A DNA stretch of 64,000 bases from Polyangiales bacterium (GTDB lineage: Bacteria > Myxococcota_A > Polyangia > Polyangiales > Ga0077539): positions 219,947 to 283,946 of the forward strand of contig JBGARZ010000009.1 of NCBI GenBank assembly GCA_044229975.1. Direction: 5' to 3'. This document shows, in pieces, positions 1 to 9,900 of the stretch (the first letter of the stretch is position 1; each line of letters begins with the position of its first letter). The notes under the pieces are model-generated. The model was given only the letters and a program-made list of their open reading frames with translations, was not told where the DNA came from and searched no databases. The translations under genes and the position numbers were made by a program.

Positions 1-1148
1 ACGGATTGCTCGACCTGTCGGGGAACGTCGCCGAGTGGACTTCAGACTGGTATTTCCCGCGCTACGCGAGCGAACCCGCGATCAACCCGCTAGGGCCCGC
101 CTCTGGGACGGCCCGGGTGACGCGCGGCGGGAGTTGGCGCTCGTATGACGCGACGACCGTGCGGGTACGCGCCCGTGCGAGCGAGTCTCCCGCCGTGCGA
201 AGCGATAGGGTCGGCTTTCGGTGTGTCATCGGGTCCATCCCTGGTGCCGCACACGCGAACCTGACGAGTGCGGGCTCCGCGGAAGTCGTTGAGCCCGAAC
301 AGCGAGACGGTGGGACCGACGCGATGGCCACGGAACCCTCGGACGCCGGCAGTCGAGATGACGTCGTGCTCCCACCGGCGGGGAATGGAGTGCCGTTTGC
401 GGAGGATCTACGAAGCCTGGAGGCGCGTCTTGGCCGCATCATCCGCACGTGTGAGCCCGATGCGTCTCCTGCCGACATCGTTGGCTCGTTCGCCCTGGAA
501 GGCACAGGCCACATCGTCAATTCATCAATTTCGATACGATATCGGAATGGCCCGCGATATATGCAGGACGAGTGCATCCGGATATCGATGTACGGACTGA
601 GCGTCAGGCCGTTTGGCGGCCCGCTATATTGGACCAACCTGACGCCATACATGTCCAGATTAAGCTTGCACCATGGCGATAACTTGCAAGGCAGACCGGT
701 TGCGGATCCTACGGTTCGTGTGGGGACGACGCCCCGCATCTCGGGACTAGTTCCCGAGGAATCTATCGAGGTCGTCGTCGAACGGAACATGGGTCAGGTC
801 AATCATTGCATCGAGCAGGGCCGCGCGACCTCTCCGGAGTTGCAGGGCCGCGTCATGATCCGCTTCGTGATCGGCGGGACGGGTACGGTCATTGGTTCCA
901 GCGTGCTTGAAAGCTCCATCCCGGTTCCGAGCGTCGGAGAGTGCATCGCCAATGCGGTGCGGCGTTGGCCATTCCCTGTCCCGGCGGGGGGCGGTGTCAT
1001 CACCGTAAACTACCCGTTCCAGATTGCTGCGGGTGAGGCGCCTCGCCCTGGCTTTGATCCCTTGAATCGTGACTGCCAACGTCGTTGTGGATCGGACTCT
1101 AATTGCCTTGCAAGTTGCCTGATCGAGCCCGACGCCGGTCGGCCATAG
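1..1148 (+). CDS. FGE-sulfatase (formylglycine-generating enzyme) domain protein fused to a C-terminal TonB-C-like domain; 5' end outside the window
   Basis: Translation shows the FGE C-terminal signature (NVAEWT...RVTRGGSW...R..R.......RVGFRC), a Pro/Ala-rich linker, then a TonB_C-like fold (RVMIRFVIGGTGTV...ECIANAVRRWPFPVPAGGGVITVNYPFQIA). ORF is open from base 6 (TTG) with no start inside the window. Confidence 0.7.
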   Translation, partial: GLLDLSGNVAEWTSDWYFPRYASEPAINPLGPASGTARVTRGGSWRSYDATTVRVRARASESPAVRSDRVGFRCVIGSIPGAAHANLTSAGSAEVVEPEQRDGGTDAMATEPSDAGSRDDVVLPPAGNGVPFAEDLRSLEARLGRIIRTCEPDASPADIVGSFALEGTGHIVNSSISIRYRNGPRYMQDECIRISMYGLSVRPFGGPLYWTNLTPYMSRLSLHHGDNLQGRPVADPTVRVGTTPRISGLVPEESIEVVVERNMGQVNHCIEQGRATSPELQGRVMIRFVIGGTGTVIGSSVLESSIPVPSVGECIANAVRRWPFPVPAGGGVITVNYPFQIAAGEAPRPGFDPLNRDCQRRCGSDSNCLASCLIEPDAGRP

Positions 1149-1176
1149 CGCGAGTGCAAACCCCGTGGACCGTGGG

Positions 1177-1902
1177 CTACACGGACCATGGCGGGCGGCC
1201 TGAGCCGAGCGTCCTAACGCGATGAGACGGCAAGACGCGCGAGAACGGCAACAGTCGCTGCGACGTACTTGTTATCAACAAGGATCCACAATTCCACCGT
1301 AGGATTTGGGGGCTCATTTCATCGAGATTCCGATCGAGAAGTTCGGGAGGATAGAGCTTGCGATGGCACTCTTTGCATACCATCTCATAGTCCGGTCCTG
1401 ACGGCAGAGGCCCATCGAACACATGCTTTATCTGATTGTTATTACATCGCCAACTGAAGGACGACGCTGCCGTCCGAGCGGACGAGATTGAGGGCGCACT
1501 CGCTGGGCGAGCAGCCGGAATCGCCTCGGATTTCGGACGAAATGGCACATCCTCCAGCGTCACCGCCGTGGTGCGTTTTCGCACTAGAGCGCCGACCGCG
1601 ATGTTCGGGCAGCAGGAGCTCCGCCTCGGTAGCGCACACGATTTCGAATGGGGAGGGTGGTGAGATCTCGACCGAGAATTGAACGTAGAGTTTATGCCCT
1701 GAGATGACGGGGTGAAGTGGTGTGATGCGAACGTCCACCCAAACATCCCCTGCGTACCGAGTTCGAGCACGCCGAAGAACCCACCCCCGACGGGCGCGAC
1801 GCCAGCCGCACGCCTCGATCGATACAAGGGAAATTGATGAGCCTTCCAAATTTCACGGATCGAAGCCCGGTACCTCCGGCGGAAGTGACCGTGCGAGATC
1901 AC
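1177..1902 (-). CDS. Hypothetical ORF in a low-GC patch; the N-terminal part may be in another frame (1442..1849), so possibly frameshifted or a pseudogene
   Basis: Two minus-strand frames carry protein-like stretches: CKECHRKLYPPELLDRNLDEMSPQILRW in one frame, and ISPPSPFEIVCATEAELLLPEH...DSGCSPSECALNLV in the other. Local GC is clearly below the flanking ~70%. No recognisable domain. Confidence 0.2.
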   Translation of the reverse strand: MISHGHFRRRYRASIREIWKAHQFPLYRSRRAAGVAPVGGGFFGVLELGTQGMFGWTFASHHFTPSSQGINSTFNSRSRSHHPPHSKSCALPRRSSCCPNIAVGALVRKRTTAVTLEDVPFRPKSEAIPAARPASAPSISSARTAASSFSWRCNNNQIKHVFDGPLPSGPDYEMVCKECHRKLYPPELLDRNLDEMSPQILRWNCGSLLITSTSQRLLPFSRVLPSHRVRTLGSGRPPWSV

Positions 1903-2051
1903 GTCATCAACGGTCTCCCTCGGTAAGTCCTGTAATTCGCGTGTGTGGCATCGGGGGTGGCGGCAGTTCGACCTCCACGGGCACGACGTCCCGCTCGAAG
2001 TGCATGCGTCCCGACACCTTCATCGGCGCGCTCGCCCAGGAGTGACCTCCA

Positions 2052-2551
2052 CTACGCCCCGCCCCCACTCTCGCCGCGATGAAACACCTCGCTCCGCGCC
2101 GTGAGCCGCACCGCATACTCCTGCAGTTCCGCGCCGAGGATGCGCAGCGTCTCGCCCGCCGCGAAGGGTCCATGCACCACCGCCCCGTCGTCATCCCACA
2201 CCACAGGCAGCCGCCGCGCGCCCTGTGACGCCACGAACCCGTGCGCTCCGACGTCCTCGGGCACCCGCACCTCGACGTCGCCCCACCGCACCCCCACTCC
2301 CCGCAGCGCCTCTACGGACGGCAGCGCGCGCCAATGTTCGTCGCAGAACGGTCGCGTGTCGCACCAGGCACACTGGTCCCCCGTCCGCGTCGGCGCGGGT
2401 GTCTGTGCCACCGCCGCTCGCACGGCCTCGATGCGCGCCGCAAGGCGGTCTTCCAACGTCTCCAGCCGGGCCGCATCCACCCCGAAGACAGTGCTCCCCC
2501 GCGGGTGTCGCAGCGACAGCGCCACGGGCATGTCCCCCGTGCTGCGCCACC
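2052..2551 (-). pseudogene. C-terminal fragment of a Cas4-like PD-(D/E)XK nuclease, carrying the CxxCx5C cysteine cluster; separated from its N-terminal part by a transposon
   Basis: Translation RWRSTGDMPVALSL...TGDQCAWCDTRPFCDEHW. Reading frame continues exactly from the 6251..6934 fragment once the transposon and one TSD copy are removed. Confidence 0.65.
2545..2551. repeat. Target-site duplication CGCCACC, left copy
   Basis: Identical 7-mer CGCCACC directly flanks both transposon termini (2545-2551 and 6251-6257). Confidence 0.7.
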
Positions 2552-2576
2552 TGTTACCGGGCACGTTGGTTGATGG
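2552..2576. repeat. Left terminal inverted repeat of the transposon (TGTTACCGGGCACGTTGGTTGATGG)
   Basis: Matches the reverse complement of 6226-6250 at 19 of 25 positions, including the first 8 (TGTTACCG). Confidence 0.7.
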
Positions 2577-2750
2577 CGTAGTGCACCGGTTGGCTGATGG
2601 GCATCAACGGCGCGGCGCGATGACGCCCGTCGCTTGATGTCCATCGAGCCGACCGCGACTCGTTCGCCGTCTGCGCGATGGACATCATCGGGCGCGGCGG
2701 GGCGTCGCCGTAGGGCGATGGCCATCACCGTGGTGATGGAGTGGCAGCGA
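2566..2750. repeat. Subterminal array of transposase-binding-like repeats (motifs such as tgatggcgta, ctgatgggcatca, tgatgtccatcga, gatggacatcatcg, gatggccatcacc, gtgatggag)
   Basis: At least six copies of a GATGG(N)CATC-like motif within about 180 bp at the element end. Similar motifs recur at 5401-5428 and 6140-6200. Confidence 0.5.
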
Positions 2751-3052
2751 GCTTGAGGGAGATCAGAAAGGCAGGTCGTCGTGGTCGTCGTCGTGGCAGC
2801 GGCTCTCGCAGTCGACGGCGTCGCGGTAGCAGGCCAGCGCGCACAGCAGCGACTCCGCGTGCGCGATCACCAGGGTCGCCGCCTTCACCCGCAGCGCGCA
2901 GGCGACCGACCACGGCGCTGCGAGCTCGGGGTTGAGCGCCCGCGTCACCGCGATGGCGATGCGCAGCGTGTGCCCGAGGCCGTCCAGCACCGCGATCTCG
3001 GGCGACCCGCCGAGCACGGACGCCGACGCCCTGTCGTGGTCGCCACTCCCGT

Positions 3053-3880
3053 TCATCGATCGCCCTCCTCGCGCGAGGCGTCACTGGCCACCACCTGCCG
3101 CGCGACGGCGCGGTCCACCACGCGCTTGCCCTTGCGCGCCGCGGCGCGGAGCGCGTCGGTCGCCAGGCGATCGAGCTCGCGGTGTGCCCCCTGCGCCGCC
3201 TCGTGCAGCACGGCGATCGCGTCGTCGGCCAGGAGCTCGCTCGTGCACCCCACGCGCTCCAGCCGCAGCCGCAGGTAGGCCGCGCTGTCCTCGACGGTCA
3301 GCGGATCGATGCGTAGTCGGTGATGGAGGCGTGAGTAGAGCGAGCGGTTGATCCGTAGCGCGAGACGGTCGGCCAGCTCGGGCAGGCCCACGAGCACCAC
3401 CGAGAGCAGCGGGCGACGATCCCACTCGTAGTTGAGCAGGATGTGCAAGTGCGCGAGCGTGTCCTGGTGGAGCAGGTGGGCCTCGTCGAGGAGGAAGACC
3501 GGGTGCTGCCGCGACTCGCTCCCGAGCGCCTGCACGTCGGCGCTCACGGCGTGGAAGAGCGCCGCCGCGGTGGCCGACGGCGCGAGCCCGAGCGCGGTGC
3601 AGAGCTGGCGGTAGAAGTCGCGCCGGCCGAGCGTGGCGTTGTGGCAGTAGGTGAGCCGATAGCCCCGCTCGGGCAGCCGCGCCCGCATCGCCCGCAAGAG
3701 ACACGTCTTGCCCACGCCGGGCTCGCCCGTCAGCACCACCGAGGCGTGCTCGGAGACCGCCTCTTCGAGCGCCTGGCAGACCCCGAGCTTGGACGGCGGC
3801 AGCCACAGCGCGCGGTCGTCGAGGTCCTTGTGGAAGGGCGCCTCGCGCAACCCGAAGTGGCTCAGGTACGCGGGCGTCAC
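3053..3880 (-). CDS. Transposition ATPase, TniB/ExeA-like AAA (AAA_22)
   Basis: GTG start (VTPAYLSHFGLREAPF...) overlaps the TniA stop as GTGA. Walker A VLTGEPGVGKT, Walker B VFLLDEAH. The long N-terminal extension in the track ORF is a GC-rich open-frame artefact. Confidence 0.75.
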   Translation of the reverse strand: MTPAYLSHFGLREAPFHKDLDDRALWLPPSKLGVCQALEEAVSEHASVVLTGEPGVGKTCLLRAMRARLPERGYRLTYCHNATLGRRDFYRQLCTALGLAPSATAAALFHAVSADVQALGSESRQHPVFLLDEAHLLHQDTLAHLHILLNYEWDRRPLLSVVLVGLPELADRLALRINRSLYSRLHHRLRIDPLTVEDSAAYLRLRLERVGCTSELLADDAIAVLHEAAQGAHRELDRLATDALRAAARKGKRVVDRAVARQVVASDASREEGDR

Positions 3881-5289
3881 GAGCCCACCTCGGCGTCCAC
3901 GAGCGCCGCGTCGAGCGCGTCGCCGACGTCGTCGCCCAAGCTCGCGTTGGCCTTCGCGCGCGCCTGCTCCAGCAGGGCGCCCGCGGGGTCGAAGGGCACC
4001 CTCGCGCGCGGCGCCGTCGCGATGTGCTCGCGGCGCGCCGGACGCGGGCGCGTGGCGTTGGCCTTGGGGTCCACGCGGCGCAGGAGGTAGCGGTGCCCCT
4101 CGTGCTCGACCCACGGCGCCTCGGCGGGGTCGACCATGCAGCGCGCGACGGTCACCGTGCGCCCGGCGAGGAATCCCTGGTCGAGCTCCCAGGTGTGACC
4201 GGCCGCCGAGAGCGTGGTGTCCTTGCGCACGCGACGTGTCGAGCGGGCCGTGAGCGCCGTGCGCAGCGCCGCTTCGTCGAGGCGATCGACGGGACGCTCG
4301 GCGGTCGTCCACACGACGCCGGGCGAGCGGCCCATGAGCGAGGCGTGGGCGCTCGCGTGGTAGTGCTCCGAGAGGAAGGCGTTGAGCCTTGCCTGGAGGT
4401 CGTCGAGGGTCGCCAAGGCGCCGAGGTGGTCGAGGCAGCCCTGCCTCAGCGTGCGCCAGAAGCGCTCGATCTTGCCGCGCGCCTCGGGGTCGTAGGGCTT
4501 CGCGTGCACGAGCGTGATGCCCAGCCGGGCGCAGCACAGGCGCAGGATCTCGCCGCGGTAGGTCGACCCGTTGTCCAAATAAAGGACCTGTGGCGGGCCA
4601 TGGCGGCGCAGGGCGCGCACCAGCACGCCGAGCATGTCGACCTCGCGCTCGGTGGAGTGCACCTCCAGGGCGACGACGAAGCGCGAGGCGTCGTCGAGCA
4701 GGCCGTGCACCCGCACCGGCACCTTGTCGCCGCCGAGGGTGAGCGTGGGGCCGTGGCAGACGTCGCCGTGCCACAGGGCGCCGGGGCGCTCGGCCTCCCA
4801 GCGCAGCCGGGTGCGGGCGCCGGCGCCGTCGCGCATCGGGATGCGATCGAGCCCGTGGTCGGCGAGCAGCCGTCGCACGGTGGTCTCGGAGACCGCGCCC
4901 TCGGTGATGCGCCCGCTCGCGACGAGCTCGCGCAGGATGACGCTCGCGGTCGCCGCGGGGTGCTCGCGGCGGATGTCGAGCACCAGGTCACGCTGCGGCT
5001 CGGTGAGCTCGCGGGCGCGTCCGCGATCACTGCGCGGCTCGGGGCGCAGCGCTTCCAGGCCGCCCTCACGATGGGCGTACAGCCAGCGCTCCAAGGTCGG
5101 CAGACTGAAGGTGCGGGTGCGGGTCGCGCCCGGCGGGAGGAAGGTCTGCCTGGAGAGCGAGCGCATCTCGGCGCGCAGCTCGCCGCGGGCGAGGGTGCGC
5201 CGGGTGAGCGCGCCGATCACGCCGAAGCGGAAGAGGGCGATCTCTTCGCCGTGATCTCTGGGACGGATCTCGTGGTCATCGTTGGACAT
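3877..5289 (-). CDS. DDE transposase / integrase-core (rve) protein, TniA/Mu-like
   Basis: DDE triad context ALWHGDVCHG ... VLYLDNGSTYRG ... YDPEARGKIERFWRTL. Start MSNDDHEIRPRDHG at 5289; upstream in-frame extension judged spurious. Confidence 0.8.
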   Translation of the reverse strand: MSNDDHEIRPRDHGEEIALFRFGVIGALTRRTLARGELRAEMRSLSRQTFLPPGATRTRTFSLPTLERWLYAHREGGLEALRPEPRSDRGRARELTEPQRDLVLDIRREHPAATASVILRELVASGRITEGAVSETTVRRLLADHGLDRIPMRDGAGARTRLRWEAERPGALWHGDVCHGPTLTLGGDKVPVRVHGLLDDASRFVVALEVHSTEREVDMLGVLVRALRRHGPPQVLYLDNGSTYRGEILRLCCARLGITLVHAKPYDPEARGKIERFWRTLRQGCLDHLGALATLDDLQARLNAFLSEHYHASAHASLMGRSPGVVWTTAERPVDRLDEAALRTALTARSTRRVRKDTTLSAAGHTWELDQGFLAGRTVTVARCMVDPAEAPWVEHEGHRYLLRRVDPKANATRPRPARREHIATAPRARVPFDPAGALLEQARAKANASLGDDVGDALDAALVDAEVGS

Positions 5290-5413
5290 GGACGTCTCCT
5301 GCGCCGCGGCCGTGATGGGCGACGCGGAAGGAGCGGTAGCGGGGTCTGCCGCGCGGGGGAGGCGGCCCAACCGGGTGGGCCGCGGATCCCTCGGTGAATC
5401 AAGGCGATGGGCA

Positions 5414-6025
5414 TCATGGCGGGTGGCAGACGGCACGCGCGACGCGGGAGGGAATGGAGAGCGACTCGTCGGGGACGAGGGCCGCGAGGGTCATGGCGAC
5501 GCGCTCGGCGACGCGGCGCGAGGACCACTCGGCGGGCGACGGGCGCACGTCGGGGAAGAGCGTGGAGGCGATCGAGAGCCAGCGCAGGACCGAGTCCCAG
5601 CCGCGCGCCCCGTAGTTGCGAATGTGCGTTGGATTGAGCGCGCGGTAGACCGTGTCGAGCGACTGCCGAAGCGCGCCGTAGAGGGCGAACGCGAGGGCGA
5701 TGGTGACGGCGCCGAAGTGCTTGCGGGGGAGCACGTCGGCGGGCACGACGGTGGAGGTCGCGTCACACGCGGTGCAGCGGTAGCGGCGCGCGAAGAGCTC
5801 GTGGAAGGTCGCCGGCTCGTCGGGCGCGAGGACTCCGCGCACGGTGCGAGAGCGGAGCCCGTGACCATGGAGCACGAGAGGGCCGCCGGGCGGGGCGCTG
5901 GCGACGTGGCAGCACGGGGTGATGGGCGGTCGCGCGTCGTGGACGGTGGGGGGTCGGGCGATCCAGTCCTTGACGCAAAGCGCGAAGCGGACGACTCGTG
6001 GGGGGTCCCGGTGACTTTCTCCCAA
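5414..6025 (-). CDS. Hypothetical Cys-containing (zinc-ribbon-like) protein carried inside the transposon end region
   Basis: Strong GC3 codon bias on the minus strand. CCH...H ... CTAC motif (RRYRCTACDATSTV). No family assignment. Confidence 0.4.
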   Translation of the reverse strand: MGESHRDPPRVVRFALCVKDWIARPPTVHDARPPITPCCHVASAPPGGPLVLHGHGLRSRTVRGVLAPDEPATFHELFARRYRCTACDATSTVVPADVLPRKHFGAVTIALAFALYGALRQSLDTVYRALNPTHIRNYGARGWDSVLRWLSIASTLFPDVRPSPAEWSSRRVAERVAMTLAALVPDESLSIPSRVARAVCHPP

Positions 6026-6225
6026 GGCATCATCGGGGCCCGACGGGAGGGTGTTGGCGCACCGCTCCCGTCACCTTTTTCACTGGCCGACACAACGTCG
6101 CGGCCCGCTCCTGGGGCGCGACTACATCGCGGCGAGCGGCGAGCGCACGGGCAAACCGATGAGGGCCATCGTCGCGGTGGCGACCCCAGCACCATCAACG
6201 AGCCGGCGCGAAAGCGGGGCGCGAG

Positions 6226-6250
6226 ACCTCAACTCACGCGCTCGGTAACA
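6226..6250. repeat. Right terminal inverted repeat of the transposon
   Basis: Reverse complement TGTTACCGAGCGCGTGAGTTGAGGT matches the left TIR. Confidence 0.7.
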
Positions 6251-6257
6251 CGCCACC
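6251..6257. repeat. Target-site duplication CGCCACC, right copy
   Basis: See left copy. Confidence 0.7.
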
Positions 6258-6934
6258 AGAGCAGCGCATACAGTTGGAGCTGCTCTTCGTACTCGGGTCG
6301 CGGGTGACCCGTCTTGAAGTCCACCACGCAGGTACCTCCCGCGCCGAGCCGCAACATGTCGATCACGCCTCGCACCGGCAGTGTCGGGTGCGCCACCGAC
6401 CACTCCGTCAGCACGCCCTGCGCTCGCAGCCGCCGCAACGGGTCAACCTCTCCGCCGCCTCCCCCCTGGACCGAGACGATCGTCTCGGTCCCCTCGCGGT
6501 CGACGCTCGCGTACTCGCGCTGGAAGAGCGCGGCGACGCGGTTGTAAAGCGAGCGTGCGTCGTGGGGTAGCCGCAGCGCCGCGCGGCGCGGATGCCCGGC
6601 GAGCAGCGCGTTGGCCTCATCGATGCGCCGCTGGATCTCACCCATCACGTCGACCGCCCGCAGCGTGTGACGAAAGCCTTCGCTCCCCGGCGCCGGGAGC
6701 CCCGCGAAGGACAGCGCGCGGAACAGCCGGTCGAGCATCTCGTGCACGAGCGTTCCCTCTAGCGATGCCGCGTGCGGTCGCGTGGGGAAGCGCTCGAAGC
6801 CTGGCCACGACGAGCGCCGCAACTGCCACTGCCGCGGGCACTGCTCCAGTGTCCGCAGCGACGAGAAGCTCACGGTGCCGACGGTCGTCGCCCACGCCTC
6901 GGGCGCCGTCAGCCGGTGGAAGGGGTGGCTCACG
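6251..6934 (-). pseudogene. N-terminal fragment of a Cas4/RecB-like PD-(D/E)XK nuclease (motifs I-III and QxxxY), truncated by the transposon insertion
   Basis: LEQCPRQW (N-terminal Cys), GTLVHEMLD, GVIDML, VVDFKTG, QLQLYALL. GTG start overlaps the helicase stop (GTGA). The track ORF ends 6 codons into the transposon (..WWR|VTERVS*). Confidence 0.7.
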
Positions 6935-9900
6935 CGCTCCCTTCGAGCTTCGCCATCGCGGTCGGCAGCGCGTTCTCCAACGTCCACACGTCGAGCGTCA
7001 CCACCGGGAGCATGCGCGCCATGGCGGCGTCCATTACGGGCGTCGGCGAATGCTCGACGTCGACCAGTGGGTGATGGACCTCGACCCATGTCTCGCCGCC
7101 GTCTGGGAGGTCCACGATCAGCGGCACGTTGACCGTCCCGTCGCCCTCCGGCACGGCCTCCTCGCGATGGGCGATGCCGCGCAGCCGCAGCAGCTCACGC
7201 AGCGGCGCGATGGCCCGTTCCGCCGCGCCCACCTGCACGAGTGGGATCGCGCCTTCCGTGATCGCCGCGAGTAGCGAGAGCGCGAGTGTGCGATCGAGCT
7301 GCCCGTGGAGACGCTGGTTACCCCAATGGCGAAGGCAGCGGTAACACGACGCGGTGCAGTCGCAGCCAGCGAGCAGCTCACGGGTGGCGCCCAGCACCAG
7401 TGCGAGGTTCTCGCGGACCTGCCACGTGTAGCCCGCGCCGCCGGGAAGCAGGTCGTAGAAGTACACGTCGGCCTCGTAGGGGTCGCCGCTCGGGACGGGG
7501 TTCCAGTTGCCCGCGAGTTCACCCTCGTCGATCTGCAACGTGCGCGACGCGGCGAGGCCGATCGCCTCGACCAGCGACGTGAGTGCCGCCCGGCCCGCCG
7601 CACCCGATCGACCTGGCCGGTCCGCCACTGCGCAGTGCATCGGCGCCGTGAGCTTCACCCGCATGAGCAGAACGTCGGTCTTGAAGGTGTGCCCGAGGTA
7701 GAGCGGTCCGTCGCCCTGACCGCTGCACGTCACGCCCTCGCGGGTCGGGGGCGCGTGCACCTTCGAGGCGCCCTTGCCCGACAGCTTCGGGCTGCTGAAC
7801 CCGACACCCAGCGTGGGCTCGGCCAGTCCGCACGATCGGCAGATCATGAACCCGCGATCGCCGACACCCTTGTTCACCACGATGAGTTCACGAGCAGCGA
7901 CGCTCAGGCTCAGTCGTCCCGCGTAGCGGACCTCGTCCCAGTGATCGACGTGGGTCACCTCCAGCTTCGCGGGCGTGGTCTCGCCCGCGTACGAGACCGA
8001 GCCGCCGCGGTCGGGCTCGCGGCGCGCGTTGACGTCGGGCGCGAAGCCCTCCGGGCGCACGAAGGGGCGCTTGAGGAGGTCCGTGTTGCCGCACACCGGG
8101 CACGAGGCCAGCGCGCCCACCGCGAGTCCCCTGCCGACGTAGCCGCAGCCCCGACACGACGCGTACGGCGACTGCTTCGACAGGGTCTTCGCGACGTCGG
8201 GCTGGTAGGGGTTGTAGAGCGCCGCGGACACGAAGCGCTGGCCGTCGATGGTGAGGCTGCGGCCGGGCGCGTACTCGGTGAGCGCCACCTGGAGGTCGCG
8301 CTGCGGTTGATAGTCGAAGTCGAGCTTCCACTTCGGACCGCTCGCGCCCTTCTGCCGGTGCACCCAGAAGGCCACCGTGTCGGTCGGAAACGCGTAGCGC
8401 GGTAGGATCGCCCGCTCGATCAGCATCTGGAGGAGGTTCTCGTCGAGCCGGAGTTTGCGCGCCGTTTGCGCGGCCTCGTCCTGCGCCTCGTCCGCGGGTG
8501 CCTCCGTCGGTGGCAACGCGTCGCGCATCCGCAGCGTCAGCTCCTGAACCGCTCCGTCGAGCGCGGCATCAACGTCGAGCGCCTCGCGCGCGCCGTGCGA
8601 GAAGCTCGGCACCCACCGCCGCAGCTCCGCGAGCAGGCGCGCCTCGTGCGCGGCGAGCCAGGACTCCATCCGCACCAGGGAACACGGCTGCGCGGCGTCG
8701 AGGAAATCGCGCACCGTGCCCATGCTCTCGAAGAGCGCGTGCGCCGCCACCCCGCTCGGGACCTTCTCGTGGAAGAAGCGCTGCACCAGCCACGCGAAGG
8801 CGTGACGCCGCAGCACCCGGGTGTTCTCGACGTAGACCACGGGCGAGCGCACCGCGCCCGACACGATGCGCGTCGGGTCGTCGTAGTACCAGGCGTCGTG
8901 CGACCCGCCCTGCGCGTAGGTCACCACCGAGGCGATGGCGCGGCCCCGGCGGCCCGCGCGGCCGGCCCGCTGCTGGTAGTTGGCCACGTGCGGGGGGACG
9001 TTGCGCAGCGCCACACCGACAAGCGCGCCAATGTCGATGCCCACCTCCATGGTGGTCGTGCACGAGAGCACGTCGATGGGTGGCGCGTTGTCGATGCGGA
9101 GGTCCTGGAAGCGAAGCTCGTATCGCTCGGTGAGGTTGAAGGCCTGGTCGTCGTCGCCGAGACCAGTGAGCTGTGCGGTGTGCTCCTTCACCGTAAGGCC
9201 GAAGGGCTCGAGCGAGGTGCCGTCGAGCGCGCGCAGCACGGCGTCGCGGTAGTATCCGACCCGGGCTGAGAGCACCGCGCCGTCGGCAGGCAGGAGTTCG
9301 CCGCCGCAGTCGTCGCAGGCGCGGCCGAGGGTGTCGGCGTGCATGCGGTAGCAGCGCCCGCACATCCACCACGGACCTTCCGGGCGGAGGTTCATCGTGA
9401 GCAGTGAAGGCCCGAGGAAGTGCTGGTTGTTGATGAAGTGGAACATCCCGCTCCTGGGCAGGGACTCGAACCACTTCGTGACCGCGGCGCGCGCCGCTTC
9501 GTCCTCGACGAGAGTGCGGAGGTGCTCCTGGAAGCGCTGCGGGAGCAGGTCGAGCAGTTTGCCCGGGTTGATCCCGGCCGGCCTCTGGAACTCCTCGCCG
9601 AGACGCCCCGGCGACGCGCCCGGCGGCAGGAAGCAGCGGCGCTCGAGCTGCACGCGCATCCAACGATCGAGCAACGAACGGGTCTCGTCCGGCGAGAGCA
9701 CCCCCGCGGGGAATCCCTTGAGCAGCATCGCGGCCATGCGCGGGTCGACGATGTACTGCGCCACCCCGAGCTGCGAGAGCGACAGGAAGCGTTCGGTCAG
9801 CTCGCCGAAGAGCGCCTGCGCAAAGGCCTCGGGTTGCTGAAGCGAGTACGAGATCTGGAGGATTTGCGGGAGCGACATCGTCGCGGCGAGCACGAGGTGC

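Larger units (their letters stand above)
2552..6250 (-). mobile_element. Tn7/Tn5053-superfamily-like transposon, about 3.7 kb: TniA-like DDE transposase, TniB-like AAA ATPase and one passenger ORF
   Basis: Imperfect 25-bp terminal inverted repeats beginning TGTTACCG (left 2552-2576; right, reverse-complemented, 6226-6250; 19/25 identical). Subterminal GATGG-N-CATCA-type repeats lie at both ends. 7-bp direct duplication CGCCACC flanks the element. Two-gene rve plus AAA module inside. Confidence 0.8.

Noticed and set aside
2101-2637. Plus-strand ORFs across the nuclease C-terminal fragment (2101..2637+, 2225..2581+, 2241..2573+)
   Set aside because: Antisense to the motif-bearing minus-strand frame (CxxCx5C cluster). 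Translations are low complexity.
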